Under the pieces are notes generated by a model that was not told the origin of the DNA, ran no database searches, and saw nothing but the letters and a program-made list of their open reading frames with translations. Position numbers and translations under genes: made by a program. Below, one piece after another: positions 11,937 to 25,920 of a DNA stretch of 64,000 nucleotides (its first letter is position 1; each line of letters begins with the position of its first letter). Source of the DNA: Heterodontus francisci (taxonomy: Eukaryota); contig NC_090391.1 of assembly GCF_036365525.1 (NCBI RefSeq), positions 85,944,085 to 86,008,084 of the forward strand, in the 5' to 3' direction.

Positions 11937-11952
11937 GGCTCTTAGAAGAGCC
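11937..11952 (-). terminator. H4 3' stem-loop
   Basis: Minus strand reads GGCTCTTCTAAGAGCC followed by ACCCA. Confidence 0.93.
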
Positions 11953-11981
11953 TTTGTGTTTGGTACAAAGGGTGGATTTGT

Positions 11982-12302
<321 letters not shown>

Positions 12303-12344
12303 TCACTCAACTCGTTGCTGAATGAGAAACGAGCTGTTTCTGCT

Positions 12345-12385
12345 GCCTTTTTTATGCAGCTCGCCCGGACCTGACTGAAAAACGG
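12345..12385 (-). promoter_or_regulatory. H4 site II-like element and mutated TATA
   Basis: Minus strand TTTTCAGTCAGGTCCG, then CATAAAA; the mirror copy at 37001-37034 has TATAAAA. Confidence 0.7.
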
Positions 12386-13007
12386 GCAGAGAGTGAGAGC
12401 CGGGGCAGGGAGGAAACTGAGTGACAGACAGAGCAGTGAAATGTCTTTCATCCTCCAGCTCCGCCTCCCACTTGCTTCAACCGCCAATTCAAAAACAAAA
12501 CTCTCAACAATAGAGCTCAGCACAAAACTTCCAGATTCGGCCTTTATAGTCAAAGATAACAGAAACCCGGAGCTGTTAAATAAGTATCTATAACAATTAA
12601 AAGTTGATCATCTACCCGCCTAAGCACAGTGCTTCCGATCACAAGTCAACCCGTTTCCACACACCTCCCGTCCCAGACGGATTGAGTATTTTGCTAACAC
12701 CTTACCCCAGCTGAATTAGAGAAACTCATGTATTGGGGTTTGAGTTGTGACGCGGGAATTCTCGCCAGTATTCCTGTGTTAGACCCTCTCACTCTGAATT
12801 AGTGAAAGGAGCATGAACTGAGACTGTACCGAACATATCCCCAGTTACGGTGAGGCCGGGACATCCCTCTGTTTTGTTACAGAGAGTGGGGGAAGGGCTG
12901 AGTGCAGTGTATGTCAGCGAGTCACCAGGGATCCTGCATTTACTTCTCATCATTTCTATGTGAAATGTGCACACGGCGGCGGGACAGGGATCATTTGATC
13001 GGGGGAT

Positions 13008-13048
13008 CAGCTCTTTCCTGAGAGATGTGGGTGGCTCTGAAAAGAGCC
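13008..13048 (-). terminator. H1 3' stem-loop and downstream element
   Basis: Minus strand GGCTCTTTTCAGAGCC, ACCCA, then GAAAGAGCTG. Confidence 0.95.
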
Positions 13049-13084
13049 TTTGGGTTCAGATGTCTGCAAGTTTCCCGTGCAGTT

Positions 13085-13704
13085 TCACTTCTTTCCAGGG
13101 GCTGCTTTCTGAGCCTTTGCTGCTTTCGGCTTGGTCTTGCCCCTTGATGATTGAACTTTCTTGAGCACCTTTCCGCACTCTTGGGTTTTTTGGCCTTCTT
13201 CACAGGAGACTTTTTCGGAAGCGCTGCTTTCTTCGCTGGGGATTTCTTTGCTCCTAGTTTCTTGACTGGTAATTTCTTGGCTGCTGATTTCTTTGCTGTC
13301 ACTTTCTTGCCAGCTGTTTTCTTCACGAAAGTTTTTTTGCCTGCTCCTGACTTCACTTTCTTTCCCACATTTCCCTTGGTTCCCTGCTTAGGGATTCTGA
13401 AGGAGCCGGAGGCGCCCGTTCCATTGCACTGCACCAGGGAGCCTTTATTCACATTCCTCCTGATACTTTGCTTGATTTGGGTCCTGTACTTCCCCACATC
13501 CACACCGCTCCGACCCAGAGCCTTCTTTATGGCGGGCAGTGAGGTCCCCTTGCGATCGGAGCAATCCGCCACAATCTTGAGGATCTTCTCGCTCAACGTG
13601 GGACCGGCTGACTTGTTCCAGGCAGCCGCTTTCTTCTTCTTGGGAGTCTTGACTTCAGCAGCGGCGGCTGGAGGAGCCGTTTCGGCGCCTGCTGTATTGG
13701 TCAT
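13085..13704 (-). pseudogene. H1: Histone H1 with a 7-nt frameshifting deletion and a 63-nt in-frame deletion in the tail
   Basis: MTNTAGAETAPP..., globular domain GPTLSEKI...GTGASGSFRI and Lys/Ala tail; the ancestral end KAAPGKK-TGA (13085) is out of frame, so the ORF runs on to 12991. Confidence 0.9.
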
Positions 13705-14279
13705 GTCCGGGACTCTGCACAAATTCTCTCTGTCAGTCAGAACTGGGTCAGAAATGAAGCCGGTGGTGGCAGCACAGAGCAACTTAAAGGCAGTGAGCGG
13801 ACGGGGGCGGAGACAACCTGCTGTTTCTCTCTGGTCCTAAACTCTCCAATTCCACTGAAATTCGGGTACTGCAGAGTCCCAGACTAGATCCTTCCTGTCT
13901 CTGACATCAGAATGCTTGCTGTCGAAAAGTTTGTACTTGAAGTAAAGACTCCATTTTTGACTGAAACCCGTTTTATTGCTGCACTGATGGCGCTCTCTCC
14001 CCCGATCGCTGACATGTTCTCCACTTTTGGACTGAAATCTTGAAATCAACAAAGAAACTACACTGAATTCCCACTTTGGGGATGAGAAGGGGAGCAATGT
14101 GCTTCTTTGACTGGAAAATCTTTTTATTTTACACAAGAGGGACTCGGACTCGGACCCACAAACACAGTGACATTAGAATAACCCGTCAGCACCTTTAATA
14201 CACTCTCTCCTACACAATATTCACATCTACACATTTTCATGTCGAACTGTTCGCTAAATGTAGAGTTCGCAGGACAGGT

Positions 14280-15320
14280 TTTGATCTCTCTGCTGAGGTC
14301 AATAGACCCTTCAGCTCCACTCTATCCAGGCCGTTCAACATTTTATACATTTCAATCAGATCTCCCGTCAGCCTTCTCTGTTCCAAGGAGAACAACCACA
14401 GTCTTTCCAATCTTTCCTCATAGCTGCATTTTTCAGTCCCAGCAACATCCTCGTAAATCTCCTCTGTCCCCTCTCTGGTGCAGTTACATCCTTTCTGTAA
14501 TGAGGTGACCAGAACTGCACACAGGACTCACGTTGTGGCCTAACCAATGATGATAAAGTTCCAGCATAACCTTCCTCCTCATATATTCTATACCTCGGCT
14601 AATAAAGGCATGGATTCCATATGTCTTCTTAACCATATTACCGCACTGCCCTGTCACCTTCAGGGATCTGTGGACATTTACTCCAAGGTCCCTCACCTCC
14701 TCTGCACCTCTCAGTATTTTCTCATTAATCGTGTATTCCTTTGCATTGTTTGACCTCCCCAAGTGCATCACGTCACACTTCTCCGGGTTGAATTCTATGC
14801 ACCACTTTTCTGCCCTTCTGGCCTGACCATAAACATCTTCTTCCAGTCCACAGCAATCCTCCTCTCTATCTACCACACGGCCAATATTGGTGTCGTCTGT
14901 AAACTTCTTGATCGTGTCCCTCAACATTTATGTCCAACCTGTTCATATAGATCATCAAAAAAACAGGGGACCCATTACTGAGCCCTGGGGAAAACCACTG
15001 GAAGCAGCCCTCCAGTCTCAAAAGCAGCCGTCAACAATTACTCTGCGTTTCCTTCCACTGAGGCAATTTTGCATCCACCTTGCTGCATTTCCCTGGATCC
15101 CATTAAATTTTATTTTATAAAGAGTCTGCATTTTGGAGCCCTGTCAAAAGCTAAAATTCATGTAGAATCCATCAACTGCTCTCCCCTGATCTATCATCCT
15201 TTTAAAAATTCAATTCAGTTGGTATGTGCCTTTCTAAGTGACAGTTTATCTTGTCTCAGAATAGATTTCAATAATTTACCCACTGCTGAGGTTAGACTGA
15301 CTGGCCTGTAATTATTGAGT
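14280..15320 (-). mobile_element. CR1 LINE reverse transcriptase fragment
   Basis: KFTDDTNIG...AEKWCIEFNPEKCDVMHLG, preceded by GFPQGSVMGP; frameshifted. Confidence 0.92.
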
Positions 15321-15668
15321 TTTAGGCTGAACTGTAAGATTCGTTTTATCTCGAAAGATCCGGCTGGGGAAACAGACGTTACAATCTGATTAAATTGATC
15401 TGTGACTGCAACTATCAGATATTAACTCCTGCCCCATTCCGGCAAACACATCGACTCCCTCGGAGGATCACTTTGAGAATTCGAGCGAATGAACAGCAAA
15501 CATAGTGCAGAGAATGATCTCAAGTTGAGCTTGGTAAAGGGGTCATCTCCCAGCTGGAATCCTTCTCTAATCTTGCCCACAGTCCCGGTTCCATTGCTCA
15601 AAATCAGATAAAACTGAACTGGAGAAAGTTCCGATTGATTTTTGTTTCTCAAACTGTTGCCGAATGAA

Positions 15669-16041
15669 GCGCATGCGCGGTACAGCCCCGCCTCCACCGG
15701 TGATTGTGAATGAGCGAACGAGCGCATGCGCGCTCCCCTATTCCAGCAAATCTGTTGAACGCCATTTACTCAGTGAGCGGGAAGAGTTTGTTTTTAACAG
15801 AGGGAATGGAGATATTGCAGCCTAGGGGTAAGGCAGTAAACAGCAATCTGCTTCCAGCAGCACATTGCTTTGGGATCCTGTCCGCAGTCTGGACCAGAGA
15901 TCTCCATTGACTCCGAGGCAAGTTCAGGGGGAGTCGCGGGCTGTTTGTGAGAGGCACTGTGGAGGATGAACTGATCCCGGAACATGGAGTGAGCGGCGGA
16001 ATGGAGAGGCCTTTCTCGGCCTGTGTGTGCACTAGGTAAGT
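15669..16041 (+). promoter_or_regulatory. Orphan Pol II promoter/first-exon cassette
   Basis: GCGCATGCGC twice (15669, 15722), GC box, YY1-like CGCCATTT at 15760, donor-like AG|GTAAGT at 16036. Confidence 0.55.
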
Positions 16042-16156
16042 GAGACAGAACGTGAATAAGCTGCTGTTGAAAATCTTTGCTGTTTCCCGCCTCAGTTCTG
16101 TAATACATGTTCGTGGTTTAACTCCTGTTTCACGCTGTTTACTGTGAGTGTACCTT

Positions 16157-16264
16157 TCAAGAGTTCACCTGCCTCGGCTCAACTATCACCAGTAACCTGT
16201 CTGTAGATGCAGAAATCAACAAGCGCATGGGTAAGGCTTCCACTGCAATGTCCAGACTGGCCAA
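16157..16264 (+). mobile_element. RTE LINE internal fragment
   Basis: Translates QEFTCLGSTITSNLSVDAEINKRMGKASTAMSRLAK. Confidence 0.8.
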
Positions 16265-16921
16265 ACCTGATCTGTACAAACATCACTCAGGTAATCGCAA
16301 TCTTGGAAGAGTGCAGATGTTGGCTTGTTTCTGGATGTCACTAAATTGTTGTAAATCGGTTAAAACACCTGGTCAGCAGATGCTGAGATCTGCAGTGAAA
16401 TCAGACACTGACATTCTTTGTATTTCTGGTGAGTATTTGTGGTTAGTAATAATGATTATTAATTTAAATGTTACATTAATCTCTTTTCTAGCTTCCACCT
16501 CAACTGATCTTCTGTTACAAGATATATTGTTCTTCCTTTCTGTCGGCAAATACTTCCAGGGAACAGAATGAATGTGATGATTCCCAGGCACAAGGAAATG
16601 TGCAGTCAGCTCCTTGCAACACAGAGTAGGTTTGTTATCACTCCCAGAGGCCATCAGTTAATTCCAGATTCACATGGAGCAGAAATAGTCAAACTCTCAC
16701 TGATCTCAAGTTCAGAGACACATTTTCAATCCAGCAATCAAACAAAGCAGAAGAGACAGACATTGTTTCGAATCCATTCCAATTCTGTACTGCTGCAAGT
16801 TAGGTGCATCAATCTCAATTCAAAAGCAAACCCACGATCAAATTGAAAGACACTATATCAATCTCACAAGAGGGACACATCCTGGAGACAGTAAGATAGA
16901 GAGTAAATCTCACCCTCACAT

Positions 16922-17400
16922 ACCTGGAACTGTGTGCAGTTCTGGTCACCTAATTACAGAAAGGATGTAACTGGACTGGAGTGTGTTCAGAGGAGATTTA
17001 TTTGGATGTTGCCAGGGCTGGAAAAATGCAGCTGTGTGGAAAGATTGGATAGGCTGCGGTTTTTCTCTTTGGAACAATGAAGGCTGAGGGGAGATCTTAT
17101 TGAAATCTATAGAATTTTGAGGGACCTGGACTGTGTGGAGGTGAAGGGTCTATTCACATTAACAGAGAGGTCAGTGACGAAGGCCAGAGATTTAAAGTGA
17201 TTGGTAGAAAAATTAGAGGGGAGATGAGGGAAAGAAAATCACCCAGAGGGTGTTGGGGGTCTGGAACTCACTGCCTGAAAGGAAAGTTGAGGCAGGAACC
17301 CTCAACTAATTCAGAAGTACTCTGGCTAGGCACCTCAAATGCATTCAACTGCAGGGTTCCAGACCAAATCCTGGAAGGTGGGATTAGAATAAGTGGCCTC
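16922..17400 (+). mobile_element. CR1 LINE 3' fragment
   Basis: tgtgtgcagttctggtcacc...aggctgaggggagatcttattgaa...tggaactcactgcctgaaag. Confidence 0.85.
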
Positions 17401-20400
17401 TATCCGTGCCTTAGACTTTCTATGATTCTATGGAACTGATGATTAAAAGAAAATAAACACATTCCTATACTGTAAACAGACAGACACAGAGTGAAATTCA
17501 CATTTACAAATTATTAAAGAGTTAAAGTAAAGATTAAAACCTCCAGCCACAGAAGGGAGACTGACAGCTCCAGAGAAGAAAATAAAACCACTCACATGCA
17601 AGAGACTGTCAGATAGAGAATAACACCAGAGTCACCTAACAGAGACAGACAGTTACCACGTAAAACACATGGACACATACCAGAGACTGAGAGGGACAAA
17701 GGAAAATCAATTCTCCAATAAGAGAAATTGAATGAGAGGAATAACACACATACATGTGTAGTAGACATTGATAGCTGCAGAACAAAAGAAAATGTGCACA
17801 CACACCTATCAGGAACTGTAAGCTGCAGATTAAAACACACAGACCAAAAATAGAAAGGTTCAGAGAAAAGCCCCATATCACACACTGGAGTTTGAAAGAT
17901 ACAGAATAAACCCACACTGTTATATATTAACTTTACAGGTGCAGCTTAACAGTGACACTCACATACCAGAAACCAACTGGTGCAAAGTAAAACTCACTCA
18001 AGGAACAGAAACTGAAAGGTAAAGATCAAAAACCATAATTATATACAGAAAATGGCAGGTATAGAATAAAATAACAATCACATATTGGAAGTTGGCAGGT
18101 GGGAGGGGGGGGGGGGGGGCGGGGCGGGAACACCTTCATGTTCCATAAACTGACAGGTACAGAGTAAAATAAATATTCATATACTATCAATGGACAGGTG
18201 CAGATTTAACCCCTCATTCAATTAACAGAAGCTGAAAGGTGCTCACTCAAATTCCAAAATTGAAAGATACAGAATAAACCCACATTCACACACCAGATAC
18301 TGACAGGAACAGAACCCACATTCCATTCACAGAAACAGATAGGGACAGAACAAAGGCCACAATCACATACCAGAAACTGACAGGGAAAGATAAAAACCTT
18401 CACAAATTTCAGAAAGTAACAGGTGCAGGATAACTGCCTCCCTCACATATGAGAAACTGACAGTGACAGGTTGATACCCAGACTCTCATACTAGAAAATA
18501 ACAGGTAAAGATTAAAATCTACATATACATATCAGAAAATAGCAAATGCAGTATAAAAGCCACACTCAACGAGCAGAGACTGACAGACACAGAGTGAAAT
18601 CCACAGTGAATTCCAAGAAATTTACTGTTAGAGAGTGAAAATCTCTCATCCATAACTGACAGACACAAAGAAAACCCAACACTTGCACTTCACACTCTGA
18701 CAGATGCAGAATAAAACACACACATAATTAAGAAGATTTATAAACCAGATACTGACAGAGACAGACGAAAACTCAATGTCACATAACATAAACTGACAGA
18801 TGCAGAATAAATTCTGCAGTCACAGACCAGAGAATGAAATGTACAAAGTAAACCTCACAGACACATGTCAGAAATTGCCATGTACAGATTAAAAATCACA
18901 CAAACATTCTGGAGAATGTAGAGATGTGGTGTACAATCCAGACTCTAAAGCCAGACTGAAAATCGTACTTGTATACCAGAACATGACATAGACAGGTTAA
19001 AAACCATAAGTGCACATTAGAAATTTAAATGCACAGGTTAAAACTTAAATTTACAAACCAGACAATCAAAGATAAAGAGTGAACACCACTCATATACAAG
19101 AAAGTGTTCGATTAACAGTCAAACCCACATTCACATGCAATAAACTGAGGGGCACAAGTTCAAGAAACACAAACAAACATCAGAAACTGAAAGATACAGA
19201 ATAAGATGTTTCTCACATAAAACAAAGTGACAGATACAGATAAACCCACACTCAAAATCAGAAACTGACAGAGATAAACTGTAGACTAGGGATTGAGAGA
19301 GAAAGAGTGAAACTTACACCCGTGTCCAAGAAACTGAATAATACAGCAAAAGAAGTGAAAAAAAAAACACTCACGCACGATAAAAGAATAAAACTGCACT
19401 AACACACCAGAAACTGACAGGCATGAAGCAAACCCGCGTGCCACCCCCCACCCCCTCCCCCAGCACCCAATACAGAAAAACACAACAGAAACTGACAGCC
19501 ATGAAATAAAAGCTACACACACATACCAGAAAGTGACAAGTACAGTTCCATACTAAAAAATACAAGGAAACAAGATAAAAACCAACACTCACGATTCTGA
19601 GTTAGACTGAGGTAGAGTAACATCTTGATGCACATACCAGAGACTGACTGGTACAGATATAAAACTCAATCAATAAGAAAGTGTGAGGTGCAGAGTAAAC
19701 CCCACAAATGGGGATCAGAATGAAACTGGTACAGAGTAAAATTCAAACCAACTTTTCAGAAACAGACAGGTAACAAGAAGAAAGAAAGACACAACCTCAA
19801 AGACCAGAGTATGAGGGTTACAGAGTAAAACCCATGCTCGTTAATCAGGAATTGCCATGTACAGAATTAAAAACCTCTCATTCACACTAGAAACTTACAG
19901 GTACAATGGAAATCCCACACTCACACTTCAGAGACTGACAAATATTCAGAAAAAATACCGTTTTAACAGAGACTGACAGGAACAGAATTAAGCACACCAT
20001 CAAGATAAACAAATGGCAGATTCAGCATAAATCACAAATTCCCATTGCAGAGATTGACATGCACAGAGTAAAATGAACACCTATTCCGCAGAAATTAACA
20101 ATCACCCTTTAAAAGTACAGTCACAGAATAGAAACTGTCCGTTCAAGGTCGAAGCAGATTCACAGAACAAATTGAAATATACAATGTGAACCTCCTACTC
20201 AAACATCAGAAGCTAATAGGTACACAGTAAAACTGATAATGACATACCAGACACAGACAGACAGAAAAAAGCCAATATCACGTAGCAGAATCTGACAAGT
20301 ACAGAATAAAATGTATAGTAGCATATCAGATATTGACAGGAAAAGCACTACCATAAAGCAACAAGTACAGAATAATGGCCATACTGACAAGTGTGATATT

Positions 20401-20780
20401 GATAGGTACAGGGAAAACGTTACACTCACCAGAGACATGCAGAAACAGAATAAAACCCACATACAGATAAAGTAACTCAGAGGTACATAGTAAAATCCAC
20501 ATTCAGATGCCAGAAACAGACAGGGAAAGTAAAACATATCCTCACAAATCATGCACAGACAAGTACAGAGTAATAGCGGCATTCACATTACAGAGACTGA
20601 CAGATGCAGGGTAAAATCCACAATCAATTACCACAAACAAAAAGGTACAGAATAAAACAGATATTTGCTTTGCAGTAAATGACAACATGCTGGGTAAAAT
20701 CCACATTCCCATATCAGAAATGAAACGGTGAAGAGTGATCCCACATTCACTCACCAGAATAAAGAAGGTACAGTGTAAAT

Positions 20781-20986
20781 GAAAGCAGAAAATGCTGGAA
20801 ATACTCTGCAAGTCTGGCAGCACCTGTGGAGAGAGGGAGACAGTTAAAATTTCAGAACAATGATGAACGGCTATTGACCTGAAAGGTTAACTCTGTTTCT
20901 GTCTCCACAGATGTTGGCAGGCCTGCTGAGTGTTTTACAGCATTTTCTGTTTTTTTAATTTCCAGCATTCACAGTATTTTGCTTTG
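20781..20986. mobile_element. Head-to-head pair of Penelope-like terminal fragments forming a palindrome of about 200 bp
   Basis: agaaaatgctggaaatactc...ctgtggaga versus tctccacag...gagtgttttacagcattttct; mirror copy at ~62279-62483. Confidence 0.7.
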
Positions 20987-21496
20987 TATTATGTTCAATG
21001 TAAAGAGCTTTCTGCTACTCCAGAAATTTACAAGTACAAAACAATGCTCATTCTCACATAACAGATAGTGAGACATTCAAACCAAAACCACTGTTCACTT
21101 CAGCAGAAACTGACAGGTACATTACAAAACCAACACTTACATACCAGAAGCTGATAGATGCATAATAAAACCCACACTCACATCAGAAGTTGGCAGGTAC
21201 AGTGGAAACCCTATATGTGTTTATCGGATACAGAGAAAAACCCACAGTCACATTCCACATTCTGAGATAAAGAATAAATCCCTCCCTCTCATACTATACA
21301 AAGAGGGACAGATAGTTGGACAGATCTAGATGTGTAAGAGTTTCTTCATTGTTTTTTAAATATAAACAAACAGATCCTGTCTTTCAGACTGACAGATGGA
21401 GAATGACTTCCACACTCATACTGTACCAGTGCTGAACAGACACAGAACGAATGTTATTCATATACACACCTTTATGATTATTTGTAGTGTATGTTT

Positions 21497-22105
21497 ATGG
21501 GATGTGAGCATCTCCAGGAAGGCCAGTAATAGTTGTCCATCCCTCATTGCCATTTAGAAGATGGTGTCTTGTGGCCTTCTTGCTCCCTCCAGTATTTGTA
21601 GTGTAGGTACACCCAAAGTGGTGTTAGGTAGGGAGTTGCAGAATTTGGACTGAGTGATGATGCAGGAGTGGTGTTATTTTTCCAAGCCAGGATGACATAT
21701 GAACTGGTGATGAAATTGCAGGTGGTCATGTTCTCATACGTTTCCTGCCCATGTTCTACTTTGTAGCAGATGTCGTGGGTTTGTAAGGTGCTGTTTCATG
21801 GTGCTTCCTCTGGTTGATGCAGTACGTCTTGTAGATGGTACACACTGTGCACTGGTGGTGGAGGGAGTAAATGGTTAAGCTGGTGAATGGTAAGCCAATC
21901 AAGCCTACTGCTTTGTCCTGGATGGTATAGGGTTTCTTGAGTATTGTTAGAGGTGCATACATCCAGGCAAGTGGGGAGTAATCCATCAGACTTCTGACTT
22001 GAGGCTTGTCAGTGGTGGAAAGTCTTTAAGGAGTTTGGACGTGAGTTACTAACCACAGAGTTTCCGGCTTCGGAGCAGCTCTGGAAGCCATAGTGGTAAT
22101 ATGGC
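21497..22105 (-). mobile_element. Old LINE 3' fragment (L2/CR1-group-like)
   Basis: MDYSPLAWM...TIQDKAVGLIG resembles a post-RT LINE region; mirror copy at ~61085-61682. Confidence 0.7.
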
Positions 22106-24040
22106 AGGAAAAGTGTAAATCCTGCAGTCATTTCCCATAAAGTAACATGCACAGAATAATGGGCATATGAAACAAGATAATGACAGGCCGAGGACACAAG
22201 CCACAATCACTAATCATAGGCTTGTGGATACAGAATAAAACCCACAATCACATACCAGTAACTGAGAGATGCATCGTAAAATCCACATTCATATGTCAGG
22301 AACAGAAAGGGAAAGTAAAAACACTTGCTGACAAATCTGACGCAGACAGACACAGAGTAATAGCAACATTCACATTCCAGAGACTGACAGATATAGAGCA
22401 AAAGCTCCAATCAATTACAAGAAACAAACAGGTACAGAATAAAATACATACTTGCTTTGTAGTAACTGACAGATACAGAATAAAATCCACATTCACATAT
22501 CAGAAACTGACAGGTGAAGAGTAAAAGACACAGTAACATGTCACAAACTGACAGATACAGGGTGATCTCACATTCACTTGTCAGAATATAAAAGGTAAAG
22601 AATAAAATTATTTCTTCCAGACCAGAAACTGAGAGGCACAGAATAAAGGAGCGCCTTTTATTGCAGTAACTGACCAGAACAGAGGAAAATCCATATTCAC
22701 ATGTCAGAAACTGACAGGAACAGAAAGAACACACACTCACATACCAGAAATTGGCACACAGAATAAAATTCACACGAGCATTTCAGAAATTAACTTTACA
22801 GATGAAAATCCACAATCATAGAGCAGAAAGTGAGATGTACAATTAAACCCAGCTTCTGACACGTGAGGCTAACACACACAGAGTAAAAACAATGCTCATG
22901 TCACATACCAGAAACAGGCAGATGCAGATCACAACCCACACTCACATATCAGATACTGGCAGTTACCGTGTAAAATAACTCTTAATGATCACTGACAGGG
23001 ATATGATACACTCCACATTCATTCATCAGAAAATTACAGATACAGATAATAAACAGTACTTACATAAAACAGATTGGCAGGAACAGGTTAAAACATACCA
23101 TCATATATAGATGTCTGATAGGTACAGAATACAGTCGAGGCCTCCAAACCAGAGACTGACATGTCGAGTGAAAACTAGACTCACCTGTCATCAATTAACA
23201 TGTGCAGTGTGAAGCTATACAAACATATTACTGACTAACAAGTACAGAGGGAAAATCAAACAACCTTCCATAGCAGAAACTGACAGGTACAGATTAAACT
23301 CCAAATTCACAAAGAGAAAGGCCCAGACTTCCATAAGTTTAGTTTCAATAATTAATAAGTACATTATTTAGAAACCCCGGTTGTGTCGGAACCCTCAGTC
23401 TCACTCTTTAACACCTCACACTGAAAATCCACACTCCTCTTTTGTCTCCCACGAATCGGGCCCAATTTATAATGCGAGATGCGTTTTTTCTAACATTAAT
23501 CTGAAATGTATCCGGTTACAGAATGTTGTGAATGAGACTTTTTGCCTGCCGGTTACAGACTGTTTTAAAACAGGACAGAGAATGAAGCCGAATAGATGTC
23601 GGATTGGAAAAGCGAAACTGGAACTTGTGAGAAAATGTGAAATAATACAATATGGGGGATATTTTTACATCCCTGTCGTAAGGCTATATGATCTATTAAC
23701 GTGATCTGTAGTGAAGCCGCTCCTTGTTTTACAAATCTGTTGGCGGGCTTTTCAAATTTGAAAAAGAAGCTGTTTGGAGTCTGACAATCCTGAGCGGTTA
23801 TTTTCCGCCCTATTAACGTGATGCCTCCGGATTGGTGAACTAAGCAACTATCTGATTGGTAACATGAACAACACAATGAGAAGCTGCACAGAGTGACCAA
23901 TCACCAGTGTCCTCACTATCATTCATCCAGAAGGGATAAGTGGACGGATTTGATCATTCTTCCTGAACTGTTTTGTAATGTAGTTTTTACAGATTTTTAT
24001 GATGAAAGATTTTTTTTTGGAGGGGGCGGGTGGGGTGTTA

Positions 24041-24356
<316 letters not shown>

Positions 24357-24579
24357 TGAGAGACACATTTGTGTTGGTATGATTCGGGATTTAGCCGCTT
24401 GCCTCTGGAGATATTTGTCAGGCATTTTAACAATTCCAGCGTTTCTGCGCAAATAAAGCTTTTGTTTAGTCCTAAACTGCTCGCCCCTCCAGTAAAATGA
24501 TCTGTGCACATTGGTTTCGCTGCTCTAGACCACATTTCTCTGCTGCAGAGATCGCAGCTCTTTGTTTTGCCGGTTTGGT

Positions 24580-24595
24580 GGCTCTTAAAAGAGCC
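24580..24595 (-). terminator. H3 3' stem-loop
   Basis: Minus strand reads GGCTCTTTTAAGAGCC. Confidence 0.93.
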
Positions 24596-24638
24596 GTTGT
24601 GTTATTTGATGCCAAACTCAGTTCGGGGCAGGGTGAGT

Positions 24639-25106
<468 letters not shown>

Positions 25107-25524
25107 CTATTTAAGACAGTAGAGGGATCGCCCTAGTGTTGTGATTGGATGCAGCCCCGTCCATCAGTCAAGTTTGAAACCAGCTCTGGGAAATAAAAGG
25201 GCGGCGGGAAATGCTGCGCCCTGATTGGTTGAACTGTAACTGAAATGTAATCGAACTCAAAAAGCCCGCCAATTTCAGATAGCAAAACAAGGCAAAGATT
25301 TTTTAAAAAAACCTAATTTGGCGGGAACAATTATGAAATCTGACTCCTTGCAGCTTCATTTATTTCGTCCGAGATCCCACACTGTCTTCCAACTCGGTTT
25401 GACTCGGCCCTCACGAATACATTATCACTTGCAGCCGTTTCATTCATGACGCGCTGAATCAACATGGAAAAGATACATACAGTAAAACAACGCGACAGAG
25501 TTGGGTATCCTGGTACATGAATCA

Positions 25525-25920
25525 CAAAATGTTAGTATGCACGGACAACATGAGTTTAGGAAGAGAAATGGAATGATGTCAGTTATTGCAAGGGGAATGG
25601 ACTATTAAAGTAAGGAAGATTTGCTACAGTTGTCCAGGTTATTGGTGAAACTGTATCTGTAATACTGTGTACAGTTTTGGTCTCCTTACTGATGAAAGCA
25701 CAGAAATTGCATTTGAAGCAGTTCAGAGAAGGTTCACTCGACTGATCGCTGGGATGAAGGGGTTATCTTCTGGGAAATGGTTGGACCGGTTGGCCTGTAT
25801 CCATTGGAGTTAAGGAGAATGAGAAGTGATCTTATTGAAATCCATAAGATTTTGAGAGCACTTGGCAGGGTGGATACTGAGAGGATGTTTCCCCTTATGA
25901 GAGAGACTCGAACCAGGAAT
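25525..25920 (+). mobile_element. CR1 LINE fragment
   Basis: GLYPLELRRMRSDLIEIHKIL motif; mirror copy at ~57270-57655. Confidence 0.85.

Larger units (their letters stand above)
17440..23310. repeat. Ancient degenerate tandem array related to the 41-bp unit (reverse orientation), interrupted by TEs
   Basis: Recurrent cacattcacataccagaaactgacaggtacagaataaaa at roughly 40-bp spacing; strong A/C strand skew. Confidence 0.85.

Noticed and set aside
13151-13840. Phe/Leu-rich, membrane-protein-like ORF (also 35655-36230)
   Set aside because: It is the antisense reading of the Lys/Ala codons of H1
18099-18128. Poly-G run as a functional G-quadruplex
   Set aside because: It is an isolated homopolymer in degenerate repeat, prone to slippage and sequencing error, with no paralogue in the window to show conservation
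17592-22773. Cys-rich hydrophobic ORFs suggesting zinc-finger or membrane proteins (also 60407-63952)
   Set aside because: They are translations of the TG-rich strand of the degenerate 41-mer, with no C2H2 spacing or TGEKP linkers
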